Assembly: GCA_025055295.1 (NCBI GenBank)
Contig: JANWWW010000001.1
Location: 1,513 to 65,512 of the forward strand
Length of the DNA: 64,000 nucleotides
From: Deltaproteobacteria bacterium
GTDB lineage: Bacteria; Bdellovibrionota_C; UBA2361; JANWWW01
Reading direction: 5' to 3'
Part shown: positions 58,625-64,000 of the stretch, piece after piece
How the letters are laid out: every line of letters starts with the position of its first letter
Position numbering within the stretch: the first letter of the stretch is position 1
The notes under the pieces: model-generated
The model's database searches: none
Told to the model about the DNA's origin: nothing
Seen by the model: only the letters and a program-made list of their open reading frames with translations
Made by a program: the position numbers and the translations under genes

Positions 58625-60034
58625 TCAAACACGGGTTCTTGCAGGTTCATTCAAGCGCATTAAAAGTTTTGTAGCATTTTCTCTGCATTCATGGGACATT
58701 TTTATGCCCCACAGAACCCGTCTTGAGATCTCAAGACAAGATTTTAAATCAACTAAGGGTTTTTGCCGCGTTTTTCCTTTTAACCAAATTTTACAGAAAA
58801 GTCTCCTTGGGTCATTATCTCTTAGCTGCTTATCAGGATCGTAAACTCGAATTGTGTTAAAACCTGTTACGCCAGCTTGCATTTGAAACTGCGGAAAATG
58901 GATGCCTCCTTCGAAATCCAAAAAATACCTCGCTAAGAGGTTAGCTCCCGCTTGCCATGGTTGTTGAAGAACGTGGCACAAAAAAGATACTAGCATCGCT
59001 CTCATTCTAAAATTAATCCAACCGGTGGTTTTAAGACACTTCATCACTGCATCCACCAAATCAAAGCCTGTTTCACCTTCAATCCAAGCTTCAACTAATT
59101 GCGGTTTGTGCTCAAAGGGCCAAGGCTCAAAGCTAGGATTAATGCTTTGATACTCGTACTGAGGCATGTTCTCGAGCTTTTGCATGAAATGCGAACGCCA
59201 AAAAATTCGTGACAAAAAAGCTTCGTAGGATTTGCGATTGTTATCAGACAAAGAGTTTTCGGTGATCATTTTTTTGGTGAGCTGAAATACTACACGAGCA
59301 CTCACATTTCCATACGCCAAATAGCAGGACAATCGTGAGGAGTATTTATGAGATTCAAAGGGCTTTGAGATATTCGCCAAATATCCCCTACCCCTTTCAT
59401 CTAAAAATGATTTTAACGTTGCAAGAGCAGCTCTTTCACCCGGTTCCTGAAAAGTGGTGGGGTAGCATGAGAGCTCGTTTTTTAAGTTTTGAGGTAACAA
59501 AAACTGATCAATGTCCAACGGGTAGAACAGTTCTCTGCTAAGGATTGTTTCAGTCACAGGGGTTTCCAGCCACTCTTCAAACTTGATCCTCCAACCCTGA
59601 GGCCTTGACTTGCCTCTTATTATTCCGTCAGTGGGTATCTCGATCCACTCTATATTGTTAAGTTTAAAAAAATTTCTTAACCTCTTGTCTCGCAGAAATG
59701 TATATTTTGGCCCAACCTCTTGATGGGAGAAAACAGTTTTTAAATCAACTTTTCCCATGATATAGGAAAAGACCTCAACAGGATCGCCAAACAAAAGACA
59801 AACTCGATACCCAAACTTGGATAAACTCTCATTCAGCTTTACCAAACTGCTATAAATAAACTTGTAATGTCTAATGTCAAACCAACTTTGTTGCATGTAC
59901 TCTGGCTCGAAGATAAAAATTACTGAATACTTAATCTTTGAGTCCTCCGCCAGCGAAAAAACAGGGTTATCATAAAGTCTCAGATCCCTTTTTAAATAAA
60001 TTAAATTAATCTGATCCTTACTCGTTCGTGTCAA
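58625..60034 (-). CDS. Photolyase/cryptochrome-family protein, non-canonical clade
   Basis: KRDLRL.DN, PGE..A, SSRLS.YLA.G, G.TG..LVDA.M, GWINFRMRAM, DFEGGIH. Confidence 0.9.
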   Translation of the reverse strand: MTRTSKDQINLIYLKRDLRLYDNPVFSLAEDSKIKYSVIFIFEPEYMQQSWFDIRHYKFIYSSLVKLNESLSKFGYRVCLLFGDPVEVFSYIMGKVDLKTVFSHQEVGPKYTFLRDKRLRNFFKLNNIEWIEIPTDGIIRGKSRPQGWRIKFEEWLETPVTETILSRELFYPLDIDQFLLPQNLKNELSCYPTTFQEPGERAALATLKSFLDERGRGYLANISKPFESHKYSSRLSCYLAYGNVSARVVFQLTKKMITENSLSDNNRKSYEAFLSRIFWRSHFMQKLENMPQYEYQSINPSFEPWPFEHKPQLVEAWIEGETGFDLVDAVMKCLKTTGWINFRMRAMLVSFLCHVLQQPWQAGANLLARYFLDFEGGIHFPQFQMQAGVTGFNTIRVYDPDKQLRDNDPRRLFCKIWLKGKTRQKPLVDLKSCLEISRRVLWGIKMSHECRENATKLLMRLNEPARTRV

Positions 60035-61505
60035 TTAGAACTCCCTTGTTTACCAAACTTTGTAAAGATTTCTCACCTATTTTGGCAAGGGCAAAAGCTT
60101 TTTCAGAACCAACTTGTCTTGTGATAAATGGTCGTAACCTTGGGTTCTTCGATAAAATTTCTGAATTTTTCACTAGAAACCGATAATAAAGTCCGTCCCA
60201 AATCGTACTCCATTCAGCCCTTTTGTAATCTGACATCTTGAGTATGTAGTTTGAAGATGAAAAGTAGGGTTTTGTCGAAATTAAATCACCGCAAGCAAAC
60301 TGGCTCATTCCGTAAACATTTGGAACCATAACCCAATCGTAAGCGTCCAGAGTGTACTTCATAAACCATTTATAAACACTGTCTGGATGAACCTCGCAAA
60401 GAAAGAAAAAATTGCCGAGTATCATTAACCGTTCAATGTGATGTAAAAATCCCCATTTTTCGGCTTTCCTGATACAATCGTCTACCGGTGGACAGTCAAA
60501 AAGTAATTTATCGGAAAGTCTGAACCGGTGCTGAAAAATATTGGATTTTCTCAACGTGTTTCCCAAAATTACATATGCAAGTCGCATGAATTCCCTCCAT
60601 CCAAGAACTTGCCTGACAAAAGCCTCAACTGACGCCAAGTTTGTTTCATTTAACTCTGATAGCACAACTTTTATGACCTCGTTCGGATCAAGTAAGCCTA
60701 TATTTAAAACCGGTGATATACCGCTATGGAATAGAAACAGGTCCCGACAGCTTATCGCATCCTGATACGGGCCAAAAAAGTTGAGTTTTTTTTTAACGAA
60801 AAAATTTATGAGTTCTAGCGCTCCTTCCCGGGTAACCGGAAACAACAAGTTATTTGAGGAGCCCGGGTTTTTGCCAAAATTTCTCTCAACATACTCCTTT
60901 GCTTCATAAAAAATTTGATGCTCGATATCGAACAAAGGATGTTCGGGAACTCGCACGCTTTTTGGTAATTTCTTTCTGTTTTCAACATCAAAGCTCCATT
61001 TGCCTCCAAAGGGTTTGCCGTTTATTGTCAAGATCTGAAACTTTTTCCTTCCATCAATATAGAAATCTCTCATTATAAGACGTCTGGCCGAATTTTTTTG
61101 CCAATAGTTTTCCAAGTCTTTCCTGGATAATACGAAACAGGGATTGTCAAGAAAAATTACGTCGGGACCAAAAAACCTTCGTATTCTTTTCTCTAAAATA
61201 TAGTCAGTAGGATCAAATGTAACAAACCTACCAAAGTTTCTTTTGCGTAATTCCTCTGCGACGCTTTTGAGATCTTTGAAATTCTGATACTCAATATAAA
61301 TCGTTTTCTTATTCGATTTTTGCAGTTCAAGATGAAAGTTTTTCATCGTAAGCCTATGAAAAAGTAACTTCTGCTTGTGAAACGGTATGTAATACGAGTG
61401 ATCCCCAAAAAATAAAGAATCTTCAATTAAAACATAATAATCACAATCTAGTTCTAGCCACTTACGGTGTAATTGATGTGGAAAAATAAGACCCACTCGC
61501 CCCAC
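60018..61505 (-). CDS. Prokaryotic (6-4) photolyase/PhrB-CryB-like protein without Fe-S cysteines
   Basis: FPHQL, HKQKL, GGKWSFD.ENRK, FG.YQDA, RQ.LGWREF, HHIERLM, DAY.WVM.PNV.GM, KPY..S.NYI.KMSDY. GTG start at 61505 preferred. Confidence 0.92.
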   Translation of the reverse strand: MGRVGLIFPHQLHRKWLELDCDYYVLIEDSLFFGDHSYYIPFHKQKLLFHRLTMKNFHLELQKSNKKTIYIEYQNFKDLKSVAEELRKRNFGRFVTFDPTDYILEKRIRRFFGPDVIFLDNPCFVLSRKDLENYWQKNSARRLIMRDFYIDGRKKFQILTINGKPFGGKWSFDVENRKKLPKSVRVPEHPLFDIEHQIFYEAKEYVERNFGKNPGSSNNLLFPVTREGALELINFFVKKKLNFFGPYQDAISCRDLFLFHSGISPVLNIGLLDPNEVIKVVLSELNETNLASVEAFVRQVLGWREFMRLAYVILGNTLRKSNIFQHRFRLSDKLLFDCPPVDDCIRKAEKWGFLHHIERLMILGNFFFLCEVHPDSVYKWFMKYTLDAYDWVMVPNVYGMSQFACGDLISTKPYFSSSNYILKMSDYKRAEWSTIWDGLYYRFLVKNSEILSKNPRLRPFITRQVGSEKAFALAKIGEKSLQSLVNKGVLIDTNE

Positions 61506-61550
61506 TGTCAATATTTTACTTGGGTAAAGTTATCGTTAAAATTTTTCCGG

Positions 61551-62999
61551 GTGAAGACACCGCTAAATGTTTATTGGGTGAGACGTGACTTAAGGCTCCA
61601 TGATAACCCTGCCCTTAGTGCTATTGCTCAGGAGAGTAAAAACTTTGCTGTTATTTTTATCTTTGAACCTTACATGTATTTAGCAAAGCCTCAGTACAAC
61701 TTTGGGTATCCTCAGAGACAGTTTTTGATACGAGCGATACCTCGGTTTGCCAAAAAATTCCAGTATTTTCACCTTATCTTCGATTATCCTGTAAAGACCT
61801 TCTCAAGGCTTGCGGAAAAGTATGATTTGACCGTTTATGTGAACGAAGATATTCATCCTGACTTTTATAAACAGTTGAACAAGCTAAAACGCGCTGGAAT
61901 AAAAATCAAGCTTTTTGAAGATCAGCTTACAGTACCAAAAAGCCTCTTAACCAAAGACTCACAAATTTATACCGTTTTTACGCCGTTTAAAAAAGCTGCA
62001 TGGAGGTATCTAATAGAAGCAAAAACCGCTTCTGTAGCGAGTTTCAGTACAATGCCTATCCCCGAGCTAGTTAGCCAATCGATTCCTGCCGTCGAGAATG
62101 AAATTGCTAACCGGGTAAGTAATCGGAGGGTTTTTCTTTTTGAAGGGACAGAATTAGACCTCGATGAAATTCTTGGTTTCGCGCCAAATTTTGATGATTG
62201 GTATTTTTCCGAAGAGGAGGCGATACAGATTGCTGTGAGCTTCATAGAAAAAAAACTTGCTAATTATCACACAAACCGAAACATGCTTGCGCTTGATGCC
62301 ACCTCAAAACTTAGCCTCGCATTGGCATGGGGTTTGATTTCAGCTCGAACGCTTAAGAACCTAATCCTCGATAAATTGGGACTGCGCTACGTAGAGCCAG
62401 ATGATAAGAACAATTTGGGACCAGTGACTTTTTTGTCTGAACTTATTTGGCGAGAATTTTACAAGTACTTGCTTTATCATTTTCCTTGGTTATTAAACCT
62501 GGAGTTTCAGGAAAAAAAAAGAAGCATACTGTGGGTAAAAGGAGATGTAGCAAGGAGGAGGTTCATTGCATGGATTAAGGCTGAAACTGGCTATGACTTG
62601 GTTGACGCGGCGATGATGCAGATTGCTAAAACTGGTTATATGCACAACAGGGCAAGGATGCTTGTGGCGTCAATTCTCACAAAAAACCTCGGAGTTGATT
62701 GGAGAGCAGGTCAGGAGTACTTTAGAGCCAGCCTCATTGATTTAGATGAAGCGTCCAACAATGGAGGTTGGCAATGGTCTGCCAGTGTTGGAGCGGATCC
62801 GAAACCTATCAGAATATTTAATCCATATTTACAGGCTGATAAATTTGATCCAACAGGCCTATATAGAAAAAAATGGTTGAGTGAAACAGCACATTCTTGG
62901 CGAAATAATGAAAGCCATGTCCGTGACATTGAGCCAATCATAAGCCATTTGGATGCGAGACAGGAGGCGCTTAAAAGGTATGGACTTTTTGACGACTAA
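61551..62999 (+). CDS. CPD photolyase (class I-like)
   Basis: WVRRDLRLHDNPAL, YTVFTPF, TSKLS..LA.G.IS, ELIWREFY, GYMHNR.RM, D.D.ASNNGGWQW, RIFNP..Q..KFDP. Start taken at GTG 61551. Confidence 0.94.
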   Translation: MKTPLNVYWVRRDLRLHDNPALSAIAQESKNFAVIFIFEPYMYLAKPQYNFGYPQRQFLIRAIPRFAKKFQYFHLIFDYPVKTFSRLAEKYDLTVYVNEDIHPDFYKQLNKLKRAGIKIKLFEDQLTVPKSLLTKDSQIYTVFTPFKKAAWRYLIEAKTASVASFSTMPIPELVSQSIPAVENEIANRVSNRRVFLFEGTELDLDEILGFAPNFDDWYFSEEEAIQIAVSFIEKKLANYHTNRNMLALDATSKLSLALAWGLISARTLKNLILDKLGLRYVEPDDKNNLGPVTFLSELIWREFYKYLLYHFPWLLNLEFQEKKRSILWVKGDVARRRFIAWIKAETGYDLVDAAMMQIAKTGYMHNRARMLVASILTKNLGVDWRAGQEYFRASLIDLDEASNNGGWQWSASVGADPKPIRIFNPYLQADKFDPTGLYRKKWLSETAHSWRNNESHVRDIEPIISHLDARQEALKRYGLFDD

Positions 63000-63474
63000 A
63001 AAAACCCCTAGCATGAGTGTTTTAAAGCTAATGCAAAGAATGGGTTTAGAGAATGCTTTAAAAAACATCATAACAGGTCGAATAATGCTCATTTTTGACA
63101 AAACAGTGCTGACGACAAGGATTAACCTGTACGTGCTTTAATGGCTCTAACGAAGGCAAAATACAAGTTTAGCGCCTGACGGAAAATCATGGAAACATGT
63201 TGGGTGAATGAAAAGAGGAAAACCGTTGCGAATATCAAATAAGTTTGATAAGCAAAGTTAAGAGGAAAACTCGGCTTTATTAGATTGTTTTGCCAACGGC
63301 AAATAATAATACTGTCTGAAGACGTTTTTTACCTTGAAATTCTTACAAGATGCTACGAATGTCTATCGCTATCGTCGGATTTATTAAAGATTTTTTTTCG
63401 TAGGACTCGTACCGTGTTATCAAAACCAAATTCAAGGAAAGCAAAAAAATTTAATCACGCAACTACAAACTCAC

Positions 63475-64000
63475 TTACATAGGTCTTTTGACTAGCATCG
63501 CGCAACCTCCGCCGCCTGCCGCGCACGATGCGATGATAGCGTACGTTCCGCCATATGTGTTTAATGCTTTCGCGGCATGGAGTATAAGTCTTAAACCTGT
63601 AGCAGCAAATGGGTGACCGTAGGCCAGACTTCCTCCAAAAACGTTTACTCTGTCGCGTGGTATCTCGGTTTTTTCTACGTTATACTTGCTCCAGCCCATT
63701 GATAGACATTTTAGGTTAATAAGAACCTGACACGCGAACGCTTCGTGAATTTCGTAAAAATCAACTTGATTAGGAGCCAATTTGTTTCTTTTCAACAACC
63801 TGTCGATAGCTACAACAGGGGCCATCAAGAGCCCATCAGAAGGATCAACGGCTGAGAAAACGTAGTCTACGATTTCACACAGAGGCTCTGTTTCCGCCTT
63901 CGAAAGCTCGGACTCGTCAACAAAAAGCGCAATGCTACCTCCATCTGTAAGAGATGAAGAGTTTCCTGCAGTTATACTTCCATCACTTGAAAAAACCGCG
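63475..64000 (-). CDS. Acetyl-CoA C-acyltransferase (thiolase, FadI-like), 5' end outside window
   Basis: TAGNSSSLTDG, EIHEAFA, GGSLAYGHPFAATG, CAAGG. Confidence 0.93.
   Translation of the reverse strand, partial: AVFSSDGSITAGNSSSLTDGGSIALFVDESELSKAETEPLCEIVDYVFSAVDPSDGLLMAPVVAIDRLLKRNKLAPNQVDFYEIHEAFACQVLINLKCLSMGWSKYNVEKTEIPRDRVNVFGGSLAYGHPFAATGLRLILHAAKALNTYGGTYAIIASCAAGGGGCAMLVKRPM

Noticed and set aside
1761..63482. Many short ORFs in the track that lie antisense or out of frame within longer genes (e.g. 1761-2006, 13269-13601, 39200-39586, 54992-55360)
   Set aside because: They are shadows of well-supported genes and carry no recognisable motifs.
1..64000. CRISPR array, cas genes, rRNA, prophage, integron
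   Set aside because: No regularly spaced repeats, rRNA-like tracts, phage structural genes or tyrosine integrase were seen by eye.

Overview
This is an AT-rich, gene-dense chromosomal window from a diderm bacterium (lpxB, TolC, GspK, murJ). Sigma-54 activators, a CC-adding-type nucleotidyltransferase and a CcmH variant suggest a Deltaproteobacteria/Bdellovibrionota-like lineage, which is an inference. It holds about 60 mostly housekeeping or accessory genes with shuffled order, two tRNA genes without encoded CCA (Pro-CGG, Val-TAC), an internally deleted IS256 element and several decayed intergenic zones. No CRISPR array, rRNA or prophage was seen. The main signals are: (1) an intact three-gene run (30409-33443) whose products resemble a DNA methyltransferase, CobB/CbiA and an L,D-transpeptidase but each lack their catalytic motifs; (2) a recurring -10 hexamer 7 nt before start codons plus very short divergent spacers, suggesting widespread leaderless mRNAs; (3) three adjacent photolyase/cryptochrome genes of three types, one with a non-canonical flavin pocket; (4) active-site variants in MurA (Cys115->Asp) and SucA (GDA->GNA); (5) a frameshifted HD dNTPase-like gene. 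All family calls come from motifs recognised by eye, with no database searches.
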